DNA of 64,000 bases from assembly GCF_037042905.1 (NCBI RefSeq), contig NC_087251.1, positions 23,376,001-23,440,000 on the forward strand. The letters are read 5' to 3'. The stretch is from Lytechinus pictus (taxonomy: Eukaryota). The notes below the pieces were generated by a model, which made no database searches, was not told the origin of the DNA, and saw only the letters and a list, made by a program, of their open reading frames with translations. The position numbers and the translations under genes are program-made. This document shows positions 1-13,600 of this stretch, one piece after another. Each line of letters starts with the position of its first letter. Positions within the stretch are counted from its first letter, which is position 1.

Positions 1-843
1 CCCCTCCCCCCAAACATGGGGGGGGGGGTATTAATATGCAGACCAAAATCATATTTTGTTTTACCATGCAGGTATACTTTAAAACTAAACGAATTGCGAA
101 ATTCAATTACATTGAAAATTCTTATTTCTTTATCTTAGAAATGAAATGCGTTCAGCGCATATGGTTGCATTGGAGCAGTGTTAACCTCCTGCCCTCGCTA
201 AACATTTGTCGCAGTCAAAATTCTTTTGCTTAAAATATCGCGGATAGATGAGGATAAATGCTGTCAATCCCATGGCTCGTTTGTCATTAATCATACTTCA
301 ACTTTCTGTGTGTTCATCCATGTAATCAAACGTGTAATATTTGGAATAATAACATTCTCTCGAGCTTCCTCGCTCTTCGTATCGCCGCAGCTCCACCCCT
401 AGATCCCGGCCCTATATAGATAATCTGTTTCTTTAGGAATGCATTGGTCTTCCCGGTTCTCGTCGACAAACCCTTGGTTCTCTTTTCATAATTAATTTAG
501 AGTCATTACTAGACATTACACTTAGAGGAAAGGGAGAAATTTAACATGTATTATGAGTAGGGGAAGGAAGTAAAGAAAGAGAATGGGATGCACAATAAGC
601 ATTAAATTTGCATTTTTCATGCTTTAAAATTATCCCAGTGGATCCCGATGCGTTGGACAACTATTGGATCTTGCACTTTTAAGGGTGCCCCAACATGGGC
701 AATGCGCGAATTCACATCGACTTACCTCTGCAAAACCTTTTCTTTTAATAAGGATTATGCAGATGGATATTTTCTACCCAAGAATACACTACCGAATGAT
801 TCATTCTTAAACATATGTCTCGAAATCTGCGCTTGACAGTGAG

Positions 844-1083
844 CAGTGGCGTGATGAGCCAAAATTTGTGAGGGGGTATTATGACACATCTTGCAAAGTT
901 TATAAAAACTTGCGAGCGATCAAAAATTTCGACATTTTTATTAAAAATAGCTAATTTCGTGATAGATTTTGACATGATATTCAGAAAACAATATCATATT
1001 TCACCACTCTCTTTCCTTTTCTTTTGGTCGTGAAAATGGGAGGGGTGGGGCACGCACCCCAAGCCCCCATCTGTACACCATTG
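844..1083. mobile_element. hAT-type MITE with 8-bp TSD ACAGTGAG
   Basis: Ends CAGTGGCGT...ACACCATTG; ACAGTGAG at 836-843 and 1084-1091. Confidence 0.8.
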
Positions 1084-1920
1084 ACAGTGAGACATATTAA
1101 TAATACAGGATCATTAATTACTTTTGTGGTCGATCAATTTCACATCATTTTCTTAGAACGCATTTTCTTTTCTTAATTCATCAATGACCAGAAAGAAGCG
1201 AAATTCATCCTTGAAAATATGAGCTGCAATCCAGAAAGAGGGCGTGTTTCCTCGGAATTTTTTGATATTGTAACAACGTAACAACCCTCCCTATTTCCTT
1301 CCCGAGCCGTGACAAAGTATATTTAAAAAAAATCGGCAAGCCTGCAGTGAGGTGGTATAAATCACAATTTCATCTTGTTGGTAGTTCTCGGCAACCTCGC
1401 GTAGGTGGTAAAAAAAGTGCTACTGAAAAAAGTGACAAACTTTAATTCCCGTTATTAGCCTGTATATTACGTGACTGTGAGCTTAACCTTCTCCAAGATT
1501 AAGAAAGGTTGCTAAGAGTTAAAAAACGAATAAAATGCCATGAATGCGTGGACCATTTGCTAAATGAAGACAAGATGAGTCTACAATTGAGAGGTTTGCA
1601 TAACAGTGTTGCGCAGACATTGAAAGGGCATATTTATATATATATATAAAAGATCTACTATCAAATTATTAGAACGTTCACAATTTGCATGAGAAGGAAT
1701 GTCATAAGCATGAACTACAACATGATTGCATATGGTGAGGGGGCTGCGGAAACTATTTCTTGGTGTCAAGCTTGGGAGAAAGTAATCCAAGCGGTCAGTA
1801 AATGAACAAGTGAGCGGGGAAGCGAGAGGGCCATTTGCGATCAATATTCCTTCTTCCCGTTCCTCTTTTCCATAGTCTATTCACACCAGAAGGGGGTGCC
1901 CCTCTCTATTCGGGCCTATT

Positions 1921-2132
1921 AAAGGCCAAGTAACATCGGAACCAAATCAGCTGCGAATCCATCCGAATACACGTATTCCCGTGGTTTCGGGGGTATTTTG
2001 TTCTCTCTCCGCGAATACGAGAAAATTCAGGAAGGATTCGGGAACATTCGAATCCACCGAAACCATCCGAATTAGGCTAGAATCGGTCAGAATTTATTCG
2101 GGAGAATTTGGTTTTGGTCTAACCCTGGCTTT
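1921..2132. mobile_element. Degenerate PIF/Harbinger-like MITE
   Basis: Imperfect AAAG(G)CCA...TGGCTTT ends; internal cgaat/attcg motifs in both orientations. Confidence 0.35.
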
Positions 2133-2607
2133 ACATCCATCCTAACATGAATACGGCCCTGATAACTGCGTACGAGTGCTGTAATTTGTGTAAAAACGAA
2201 CATCAAATTAATGAGGACGCTATAACACTTTCACTAAAAGTAGACATGGTTGATATTGGAGAAAGTGTGGATAACATCGAAGTGACACATTACGACCGTG
2301 TATGTGGACATTGAGACCTTTAAAGGCTTTTAACTGATCACAATCCTGTCGAAGTTCAAGGTTGGACTTTTCAGTGTTTATATGGATATAAACAGAGAGT
2401 CTTTTAGACTTTATTTTATTGGTCAAAGATCATGTAATCATTGCTGGATCCTACTTTGAAAAGGGGTTAAAAAGTAAAGTGTTCCAATTGTAGGCTAAGT
2501 TTTCTGTTTTCGTCATTTTTCATTCGTACATTATACTGTAGGTGACAATTATATTGTTCTCATACATAATATAACCTGACGTCAGCATCTAGTGTTTGTT
2601 CCCCATA

Positions 2608-3588
2608 TGTTATCAGATAGTCGAGACATTAGTTGTCAGAAAGGAAAATTTATCCTCTTTCCAATTCGTGAAATAGAAAAAATTAATCTTCCTTTTGTTA
2701 TATATAAGAATTGTAAGAGCAATTACATTCGTTTTATTTAGTTATTTTCTCTTGAAGGATATTCATAGCATAGAATGATTAAAGAATATTCCAGAATGTC
2801 TCAGTAAAGCTTTGTTAGGCATGTTCGTTAATAGGCTGAGGAAATTGTTATTTCTGAATAGAGATTACTTGACAATAGGCTGCTAGTGGCAGTGAAAAGG
2901 ACAATAGGATTAGCTATTTTGTTTACATTGTTATATTTACTGAGGTCAGTCAAGAATGTTCTAAAATTAGACTGCTCTAGAAATTGGCAGAATGTTCTTT
3001 TTTGTAGACACTAGAAGCTTCCAGAATAGTGAATAATTTGTATATAAGCTGGCAGGTTCTTCAAGGACACACTACATCAGATCAGAACTCAGAATTTCAA
3101 GCCAGACTTTATGTCAGAGCATAGTTTATTTCCAACTGGAATACAATGTTTATCTTCTGTGGAATTATTTGCACACCATCAATGAACTGTTTGCAGTTAC
3201 TTTGAGAGAGGAATTCTCAGTTCTCATCGAGATCATAAACCTGTTTTAATGAACGCTTTTCAACCGATGGATTGCTGAAATTGACTGTTAATCATCATCA
3301 ACATCGTCTTCACGGACATTCAACTCGTTACAGTGACTCTCGTCATTCATCGTGCTTCAACATCAATTTCATCATCGCCATCATTGTGAACTTTAATTTG
3401 AGGAATTTTCGCCAGCCAACTTGGATTATATCTGGATTTAACTTCGGATTATAATCAGAACTGACATTTCAAGAGATGTAAGATAAATATCTGTTTTGTT
3501 TAGTGATCCGTATATTTCCTGTAATAAAAGAAAAGGAAATCAAATTTAGAACTAAATTTTCATTGTTATTTGTTGCAGTATCGTAACA
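2608..3588 (+). mobile_element. Probable solo LTR (Gypsy/BEL-like), ~980 bp
   Basis: TGTTA...TAACA termini, TATATAA box at ~3041, AATAAA at ~3523; no clear TSD. Confidence 0.55.
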
Positions 3589-3818
3589 CTTTAATGTAAT
3601 ATCTTATCAAAACAGGGACGGCATCAGTGTATTTGAAGGGGTGAATAATAGGAGAAATATTGAGTTACACGGTCAATGCTTTTTTATACTATTTCTTCTT
3701 TATATTTTTTATTAATGGGGTCACTCCCTGCCCTTCATGTGGCACCACCCATGTTACCAGCATGAATCCCCTCTACGAACAAAAGTATCAATATTCTCCT
3801 CCTTGTTCTACCTGTCTT

Positions 3819-3973
3819 CTGGTGACCGTTTCATAAAGTTGTCCGCATTGACAAGTTGACTTTCTCTGACGGTAACCATAGTAACAGTCAGAGGCAGGTG
3901 TATTACAGCCAATCAAAACCAAGGATTTCACTGAAATTGTCAGTACTGACAACTTTCATGAAACGCCCACCAG
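3819..3973. mobile_element. Short TIR MITE (Harbinger-like), family shared with 34235-34377
   Basis: CTGGTGACCGTTTCAT...ATGAAACGCCCACCAG inverted ends; a related copy in the opposite orientation lies at 34235. Confidence 0.65.
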
Positions 3974-4749
3974 GGATGCCACCACAAAAAGTAAGAAAAT
4001 CATATTCTCTCTCTCTCTCTCTAACCCACACTTGCACCACACAAACTCAGTTAAACATTTGCTTGTCATACTTAAAATTTACAATTTGCAACTGATCTTA
4101 AGACAGGAAATAATAGTTCTGTATGTTTACAAAATAATAAACATCCTTGCTTTATTCAATTCCACAATCCTGAGGCCTTTACAATTTATGTACATATTCC
4201 AACAAAATAAATGTGAACTTTTTTCCTGATATTTATCTTTAAGCAATAAATTAATAAGTGAATTTCAGCTGTCTAAAGTGATATGGCAAGACATGCATAA
4301 ATAATCTGAGCTTAACCTGACACCATTTCTATTGCAAAGAAACAACTTTTTAACAAGATATAATATATCAAAATATTAAAAACATTTATCAGTCACAGCT
4401 AAGTACCTGGACAATTATTGCAAAAAATTTTTTTCACATACTAAATCTAAATGCAAGTAACTATAAACATAAACTCACTAATATCATTAATCAAGTTTAG
4501 TTCACTATTTATACTACATTTCACTTAATGGATGCAAGCCTGCTTTTTGCCACCTTCTATTGATCATTTTCTTTCTTTCTTTCTTTAATTTCCTTTTCAA
4601 ACCTTCAGGTTAAATTCAAACAAGAGTTTAAGTCTTTCAGACATTCATTATCCTCATAAGGTACTCTCATTTCATGAGTAACATGTATACAAATCATTTC
4701 ACTTTTCTCAATGCACAATGGTCCCTGTCTATATTCCTCTGAAGAATCA

Positions 4750-4919
4750 CAGGGGCCGCGGAACGGTTTTCAAAGTGGGGGGGCTGAGCCAAAAGTGGGG
4801 GGGGGGCTGACCATGCTAAAAATCACAATCATATGGTCATTTTTAAGTTTTTGTACACGGTTTTGGAAAAAAGTGGGGGGGGCTGAAGCCCCCCAGCCCC
4901 CCCGGTTCCGCGGCCCCTG
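4750..4919. mobile_element. MITE with CAGGGGCCGCGGAAC TIRs and 5-bp TSD AATCA
   Basis: Perfect 15-bp TIR; AATCA at 4745-4749 and 4920-4924; decayed relative at 37617-37767. Confidence 0.8.
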
Positions 4920-7597
4920 AATCAATGTGTTATAATATGACTTTGGTTGATAATTATGTGAGGTCAAGAATCATCATAAATTTTTAAGCGTGAGGTTAAG
5001 TCTTATGCTTGGTTCAATGTTCAGTTTTCATGGGGCTAACTATCACTCATGCAATTCTCATATATAATCTTGAATCTTGACTTTTGCCCATGGAATAATT
5101 TGTATGCAATCACCATATATACATCGCACACTGCATGGGAGTGTGCCATCAATCTTAGTTGATACCCCCCCTGTAGATGGGAATACGCACCTATATCATC
5201 CTTTCCAGGTCCTGTATGAATCATATTTTTATTTATTTCTCAAGTAATTCCTTTTTTCTATTCCCTGGGTGTTTCATCAATCTTGAAATACATTTTCAGT
5301 GATCTCTACAGGTATAAAATGTATGGAATTGAGGCAATTCATAAGTCTTTTTTTCAGAGCAAGAAGGTAATAGATAAATTAATTGGCCATTACTTCTTGC
5401 CGATAAATACAGTACATGTATAACTAAACATGATTATTTTGGAATATGAATCTATTCCTAAACCCGACTTTAACCTTGACTTGTATTTCAAAATTCAAAT
5501 ACTTGATTATTGTAATTTTTTTAGAGAACCATGCATACCTGAGTTGGATATATTTCCCCATGTTGACATGTTTTCATCATCTTTTGTTTCGTTCTGTGTA
5601 TATACATTGCATCTACTTGTGTGTAAACCAGTGAAAAGAGAATTTCCTTTATGGACAATAAAGTTATTCAATTCAATTCAAATATTTAAAATAGAAGTTT
5701 TCATCAGAATGTTATGAAAGACATTTCCAGCAAGAAGTAGCATCTCCTTGATAAGAGGATCCTTGTTTTTACATCATTTGACAAGCCGTACATGTATATT
5801 TCTATATCCTTTCTACATGAAAGAATGCATAAGGTTACTAAATCATTCAAAATGTTATGTTCACATTTGAAATTAGTATGCAAATGAAAGGCCTCACCAC
5901 AGACAATGAAAAATCTTCAATGAATTTGAAAGACATTAGTACTAATAAAGGACTTCACCTATGAGTCGAGAAGGTCACAAAACACAAAAAGATGGTGTGG
6001 ATATGATTCTTTATGGAATTACAATTTAACTAGACATCATAAAGAAAGTTATCATTGAATCACATAAAGCTACAATGCTGATGGTTTTCACATGTCATGT
6101 AAGGATTCATGTTCAACATCGTTTCAAAAGAATAATGAAATACTTCAAATTCCAGCTGTTTGTCATCATTGTCTCTCTCATATGCATACTGCGACTGTTG
6201 TACTTATAACTGCTTTGAGAAATCGAATAAAATTTACAAAAAGGCTATACTTTCTTAAGTCTTCATTCCATTTTGACATTTTCAGTGTTCTGCACATTAG
6301 TTTACTTTTGTTGTAAGGTTGAGCCAAGCTTCCATACTGAATTCTCCATAATAGAGGCAGCTGTGTCCAGGTGACCTTAGCATTAGTTGAATAATCTTCT
6401 CTTCATAATATCTGCCTATTCAAATTTATTGGGATCACAGAAATCTCTTTGACTCAGGCAAAATTCGATTTTTGGGAAGATTCATGCAAACTCAACTGCA
6501 TTTCTTACGCTTGTGACATGTATGGCTATGGCACATATCTGCAAAACATGTTCAATGATTTCTGAATTGAACAGAAGCTTAAATAACGATCTACTCATTG
6601 TCATTTGCTTTTATTGTTTCAAGAAAACAGTTATCATCATTATCTGCTATAATCTTCAAAGGGCTCTGCAGGCTACCTCAAAGATGAAATTAGACTTGGA
6701 CGCACGTTATGAGGAGTTAAAGTTAAAAGTATATTTCGAGATTTGTTTATCTTCATGTCTCTGGTACAACCCATAAAGTTTTATTATTTCTTCTCGGTCA
6801 AAGATTGTAAACAACATAAAAATAATGTCCCCTTCAATCAAAATGACACAACATTTTAACAAAATGGTTTTCAGCAAATAACTTAGAAAGTTTCTCCTAT
6901 ACTTCTGAGTAAACATGAAATTATCTGTCATGTCATGCATGATGGGATCACTTCAAATGCAAAACATTTTTCAAAGCTCACAGGAAATCATTTATTGCAT
7001 ATCAAGAAATAACTTTGGTACAGGTGTATTTCTTGTTTTTTATTTAAATGGGTAACTAAAAAACGTTAAAATTACCTCTTAAGATTATAATGATAGCATT
7101 TTTTTCCTAGCAAATTGTCTACTTTACAATAGTCTGAATGTTAGCGATCCAAAGTTTGGGAAAGCTGAACATAGGGAATTTCCCTCTAATTTAAGTTCAT
7201 TGATCCATGCAATACATGATCAATGTCTGGATCTGTGTGACTAGATCTGGCGATGAAACCAAAAATATCACAGCACTTGAACATTCACCAAATAAAAGTT
7301 TGACTGACAACATACAACCCACGTGACTTAAAAAAGTACCAATTCTGAATTTTATATGTGCTCATTCATGCATGACCCAACTGATAAATTTTATTTTTAC
7401 AGAGAAGTTAGGTAAAAGGGGAATAAAAATTGTGACCAAACATGCTCAAAAACCTTTAAGATAAAAAGTTATGCCACTTTTATTTGGGGAGATCCTTTGA
7501 TATCAGTTTAGTATGTATCTGTAGCCCCTTTGGTGGGACCAAAAGTAGGCTAATTAATCTCCATCAATACATGTGTTTAATCTGAAATGATATCAAG

Positions 7598-7666
7598 TCA
7601 ACCCTGTATATTCATACCTGACGTGAGATACTTCAGCTTCCAAACTTGTGGTGGTGAAGGTGTAAC
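7598..7666 (-). CDS. MLH3: Probable MLH3 terminal coding exon ([22 protein letters not shown])
   Basis: Strong TCTCCATGCAG acceptor, phase 0 fits; P-x-x-W-K-L resembles the P-N-L-x-K-L tail of MLH3 proteins; TGA at 7600-7598. An internal donor CAG|GTATGA at 7617 is an alternative. Confidence 0.65.
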   Translation of the reverse strand, partial: VTPSPPQVWKLKYLTSGMNIQG

Positions 7667-10600
7667 CTGCATGGAGAATAAGAAAATTTCTTTTAAGAAA
7701 TATCAGCAAAGTGCATGTAATTATTTTCTCAGTCAGGATATCAATATTTGAGCCTTAACATCCTGTAAAATCAAATTTTGTTGTTGAAATCTTCGATTGA
7801 AAGACATTTTTAGCACAGAAAATCGATTTTCTTCATACTTTTGACAAATGATATTTACTGACTTTACCAGAATGAATATATGTTCTACTTTTCAATTATA
7901 TTATTTTTCTATTACATATGATTTCTAATTAACTTCTGATTTTTGCTTTGCATGCTCCAGTTAGCTTTCATCCTTGCATTTTAAAGAATTAATCCCTGAT
8001 TTAACTGGAGAGTATGCTCAGGTATTATTCAGACAAACTGGTATGGAAATATTGGCTATGCTATTGGATTTTGATACTATGGCAGCCTGTATTGCTTCAT
8101 TCCGCAAGAGTTTGACTGCTTTTTCCAGTTGGTTTCCACCCTCTTTAGAGTATAACGGACAGTTACCCCATACAAATTACTATACTTAAAGAAAATATAT
8201 TAAAGCCTAATGGTCTTTATCTGTGTTTGTTGGCCTCATGGCAAGAGATACAAAAATAGATAAAAGAGGATTTTGATTAGATGTATATCTCCCAATAACT
8301 ACCATGGGATAGAAATAGAAACATTAACACTGAATGAAGAAGATGGGCCCGGTTTCCCATCAGTCTGATCTCTAGTCGGTTTATCTTCTTTGATGTACCA
8401 TTGATTAGTTTCTATCTCCTGGCCAGATGGATGATACCAATCTAGATGTTAATCTAGATTGGTATCATACTCTGGGATCTCATTTTGGCACACACCATAT
8501 GAATTCAAGCAAGGGCTTTTTAGATCGGCTTAGAAGGAATGAAGGCTTTTTTTTACATCTTTCCTCCATAAAACTAACTCTTCCATTGGCAAGGCAACTA
8601 TTTACTACAAAAACAGTGTAGCCTTGATGAGTATGAATGAAATACTTCAATCTATCATTCAAGGTTGTCGTTTTCTCACACTTTGTGCCAATCTGAGAAC
8701 ACAAAGTGTTTCTTTTATGAGAAGTAGCTAGCCTTCAGGGTCAGGATATGCCGTTCTGCACCTTACTTTCTGTAAGGAAGGCGGCAAGCACACAGGGATT
8801 GCTATGAATGTAAAGTGTATTGAGAAAGACAAGATCCTTATCTTTCAAACTGATGCGCCATTTTCAGGCAGCGTGCGCGAGTCTAGGCACCGATTGTCAA
8901 CAAAAGTGGGTCAAATGACAATAATGAGGGGGGAGAAGAGAAAAAGAAATGACACAAGAAATATGAGATCAAAACCAAAGAATGAATATACGTGGTATCA
9001 TCAGGTCGGATGGAGTAGTCCACAAACGCATATACATCTGCGGTAGGACATGCATGGCTGCTCATCCCAGCCATTGTCATGCAAATGATAGGTTAATAAA
9101 AGTGAGAAGAGCGAAGAGGTATAAGGGGGGTAGCTTTGAGGGGCGTTGGGGTGTGGAGGGTGGTAGTCAGGTTCAATGACAGGTGGGTTTAAAGGATCAG
9201 TTCTACTACATTAATCAATGACAAACTATCAGACATGGAGCCAGGGGGGATAACAAACCCACAGCTCTGTATCATCAGCCGAATTAAATCATTTCCTCAA
9301 GCATCAAACCTCAAATTCATTGCAAAAATAACCATTTGCTGAATAACAAAAAATGAAAGGAAATCACTTTTTCTGCAAATAGTATTATTTGGAAACCATA
9401 ACAGTTATATACAAATAAAATGCTGATCATTTAGAAGCAGTTTTTCTGACAATTCGGAGTAAAGCTGAAGTTCAAATATAAAATGGTATCACAATGGCCT
9501 TGGATTTAAGGCATGACAGAATAATGAGTATCTATTTGAAAATTGTTGAAGAATTGATTTTGGAACTATAAAAAGAATAAATTAAATGAATGGATATCTG
9601 GTATTTCATTTGAACAAAACAACATAACTTTCACATTATGACAGAAAAAAAATTGACAATCAAATCTATAAATAATAAATTGCAAAAGTGCTTCCAAATA
9701 ATATAATTTTTATTATACATTTTATTAGGGTTTAACCTTCTTCATACACCAATATCAAATTCTCCTTTAATTTCATTCACTTTGTTTTTAAATATAAGAA
9801 ACAACAAAAAATCATTTTCAAAATACATTTAATCATTAATAAAATAAATACCCATTATACTCATGAAGCCTGAAGTATCATGACCATTACATCATTGCAC
9901 TAAACCTTTACCACAAATTAAAAAAAAAATGTTTCTAAATGCATTTTACTTGTATTTATAATCAGAATATGTTTTAATTGACTCGACAGTTTTGTGATGT
10001 ACATGCCGATTTTTGTCACAGACACACGTTCTACGTCCCAGGTCATGGAAACATCTGAGAGCCCTTCCCCCCTTCCCCAGTCAAAGAAATGCTCAAAATA
10101 AAGAGTTAATCACAAGAAGAAAGGAAGATAGGTTGAGGCCAGGGTTAATATTGGGTAATTAAAATGGTTGTAGGTAGCAAAAACATGGGTAATGATCACT
10201 CCTGGAAATGGAGGGGGGGGGGAGGGGAGAGAATCTTGTAATCCTGAGCTGAAACTTCAAGAAAATACATAAAGTGTAGTTGATCTGTTGCCTTTGAAGT
10301 ATGTGCTATTTGGGTGCTATACAATAATTCATAAATGCAGCCATTTAAATAAAGTACATGAGATTTGGAACATTAGTAAAATTAAGTTTGATTTACAGAT
10401 AAAATAGAGATGTCCTGACAGCCATTTACTATAATCAAGTAAATACAAAACAAGAAAAGAAAGAGCAAGAGAGTTAGAAATGAATATCATGAGATATAAC
10501 ATGTATGGTTCGCACTAAATTAAAGAATTCTTGCTAACTATAGACTTCAAAATGACTGATTGCAAGAAATTCTTTATCAATTCTGAATATGCTTTAGTAT

Positions 10601-13600
10601 TCAGTATACACCAAGATGATTAATAATGCTTCATTACTATTCAATACCTTTGATGGAATATAACACCGATGGACATATATCACTCTATCTTCTCATAGTG
10701 ACCTTCAATAGAGGTCATTCATCTACAGTCGAGTGTGAAAATATCTGACCATTCAGAAATCAAACTTATTCTGGACACTGACTGACGCTGGTGCCATGGC
10801 ATGCCTAAAGGTCGTCTTTCTTTGTTTTCATTCAAAGTATTGGAAGGTCTATTCTTTAAAGGTGATATAGAGGTCATTGGGGTGAGAGGGCAATCAAAGT
10901 TGGATTTTGGTGGTCAGTGGTGTGAAAGAACCCCAGCAAATTAACATTGGAGGTCGCTGGAGCTCAATAGAAAAGAACTACTCAACATAATAATGTGGTT
11001 TGGAGATAATGGTCTAAAAGGACCCAATCATTGTCATTGAGGTGTGCAGATAAATGGTACACGAAAGAACAGTTGATATTCTGCTTTGGATATGAATGGT
11101 GAAAAAGAAATGTGACAGTCTGTCAGTCAACATTGGATTTTGTAGCTATATGGTGTAAATGAGCCCCAACAACGAACATATACGTATGTAGATTGACAAT
11201 ATGTAGCTGGGGCTATTTTCAAATTGCTTTGAAAGCAATTGCTTGTTTTTGGTGGGAGTTGTAAAAGACCCCCCCCCAAAAAAAAAAAATAATAATAAAA
11301 TAAACAAATAAAAATAAAAAAAATGAAAAAGAAAATAAATGGATTAATAAATAAATAAAATTAAATAGATAGATAAATAAATAAATTATGATAATATCAA
11401 TAATGATGATGAAAGTAATAATAACAATGATAATTATCAATTAAAAATAAAAGGATTTCAAGATAAAATAGTGGTGAATATTGGAGTACAAAGTTAAATG
11501 GTGTACCCCTATCAATATTGGCATTTAGAGCTCAGCTCAAGGAAGGGACAAAGCCCCCTATAATCAACAATAGGGTTTGGAGACAAAAAGAGGAAAATTT
11601 TGCAACAATGAGCATTGGAAATTGAGCTAACTTTAATGAAAGAATACCAAGAATCAAAATTCAATTTGGAGCTAAATGGTGTGAAAGACCCCTGTAATTA
11701 TCAATGTGGTTTGGAGATAAATGGTGTAAAAGGAATGAAACAATGAACATTGTGCGGTTTTGAGGTAAATGGTGTGAAAGGACCCCATGAATGAACTGAA
11801 AGACTTCAACAATTAATATATGAATTTGGAGTGGTGTTACAGTACCAAAACAGGTAACATTAAAATATTGACCTTATGAAAAAACACCAAAATGATGAGA
11901 ATTAGAGTTTAAAGAGAATTTATGTAAAGTTAATGATGTCCAATAATTAACATTGGAACATGGAGATAAATGGCATGAAAAGATCCCTAAAATCTCCATC
12001 AAGGTTAATAGGAAAGATGGTGTGAATGTCCATATGTCAAGGATTTGAAGCTAAGTAGTGTGAAATGATCACAAAGAATATTCACACTAATACACATATA
12101 GAACAGCTGTGTTCAGAACAGCCACATCTAGTCTACTTTTGAAAGGTCTACTTCTACTGTCATGAAAATATTGTAAAAATGTCATTAATAAGTTTGTTCA
12201 TTGATTTCTTGTTGATATAACACGAGATAATGAAACCGAAATGGATCTTAAAATGGGGATAAAAAACATAATATTTCTACATTTTCAATGTTTCCGATAA
12301 CAATTGCACACATTTTGACAATTTAAAGCAATAACAAACATCTTTTCTTTTAGCTTACTAATATTTCTTAACCGTAGCTAGACCAGATTATTTGTGTACA
12401 TCATCAAGCTTAAGATCTCGGCCATGGACGGTGCGATCACATAAAATATTAGCATGTACGTTGCCTAGGACATACTCTACACCATGATTTATTTAATTTT
12501 TCTACAAATTATGTGATTTCATAGACTATGTTAATTTATGAAATCAGAATGCTCTGATCAAGAAGTGGAGTGTTGTGGTCTAGTGAATTAGAATACGGAC
12601 TTTTATACAGAGGTTCATGGGTTTGAATCCCAGCCATGGGGTAATCTCCTTCAGCAAGAAATTGATCCAAATTGTGCTGCACTCAACCCACATGAGGTAA
12701 ATGGGTACATGGCAGTAATTAATTCCTTAAAGTAATTGTGTACTGTTGACAGCTTGCCAAGCAAAGGTCAGGGTAATAATATAACATAAAATAAATATGT
12801 TAAGAAATCATTTATGCTTTTGGAGCACTGTAGTCATGGAATACAAGACCTTGGCTTTTCCTTATTTATTTCAATTCCCTCAAATGCTATACTTTAATAG
12901 AGAACACTACACATACAAAATGAGCATTAAATAAATAATAGGGAAATATGGAAATCTGATAAATACAATATTTTGAGATGAATATCAATATTAACATCTT
13001 AGATCACTCCCTCAGATAATGATAGAAAATGTAAATAATAATGAATACTTTAATAAATAATAAGAGAACATGAATTAATTCATAAAAGAATGGTTGAATT
13101 GTAAGTTTATATTCATGGGGTTTCGCTCTTGCTATATTCAGTGAATATAAACCCATGGGCTGCACTCACACTCTGTCATCACTTTGCATGGGTAACACTT
13201 GTACCCGGCACTACCTACATGCCAAGTAGCATCGAAATAGGACTATGGAAAGGGGTCAAAGTTCAACTTTGTTCTTATGAGCCAATCAGAAGAAATATGC
13301 AAATGAGGTCATTAATATGGACATATTCTGTTATCACTTTGCATGGGTAACACTTGTACCCGCCACTACGTACATGCAAAGAGTTTGCTTGCTTGGTCAG
13401 ATTAACCTTTTTGAGGTACAATGGTTGACGGGAGACATTCATCCATCCCTCCAAGCGAAAATTAAATGTGCCATCCAGCATACTGGGCGGCCCAACATTA
13501 CCATTAAAAACTTTGTAAAAAAAAACCAAAAGAAACCTGTAATTCATGACAATTTGTCCTGGATTAACGTCTCCAAAAATATATACTTGTTTATGCTGCA

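Noticed and set aside
2119..2126. CTAACCCT as a telomerase RNA template
   Set aside because: Only 8 nt, inside a MITE-like repeat, with no supporting pseudoknot or H/ACA structure.
11219..11440. Hydrophobic 73-aa ORF resembling a membrane peptide
   Set aside because: It is a translation of an AT-rich simple-repeat tract; the same applies to 62881-63138 and 45555-45749.
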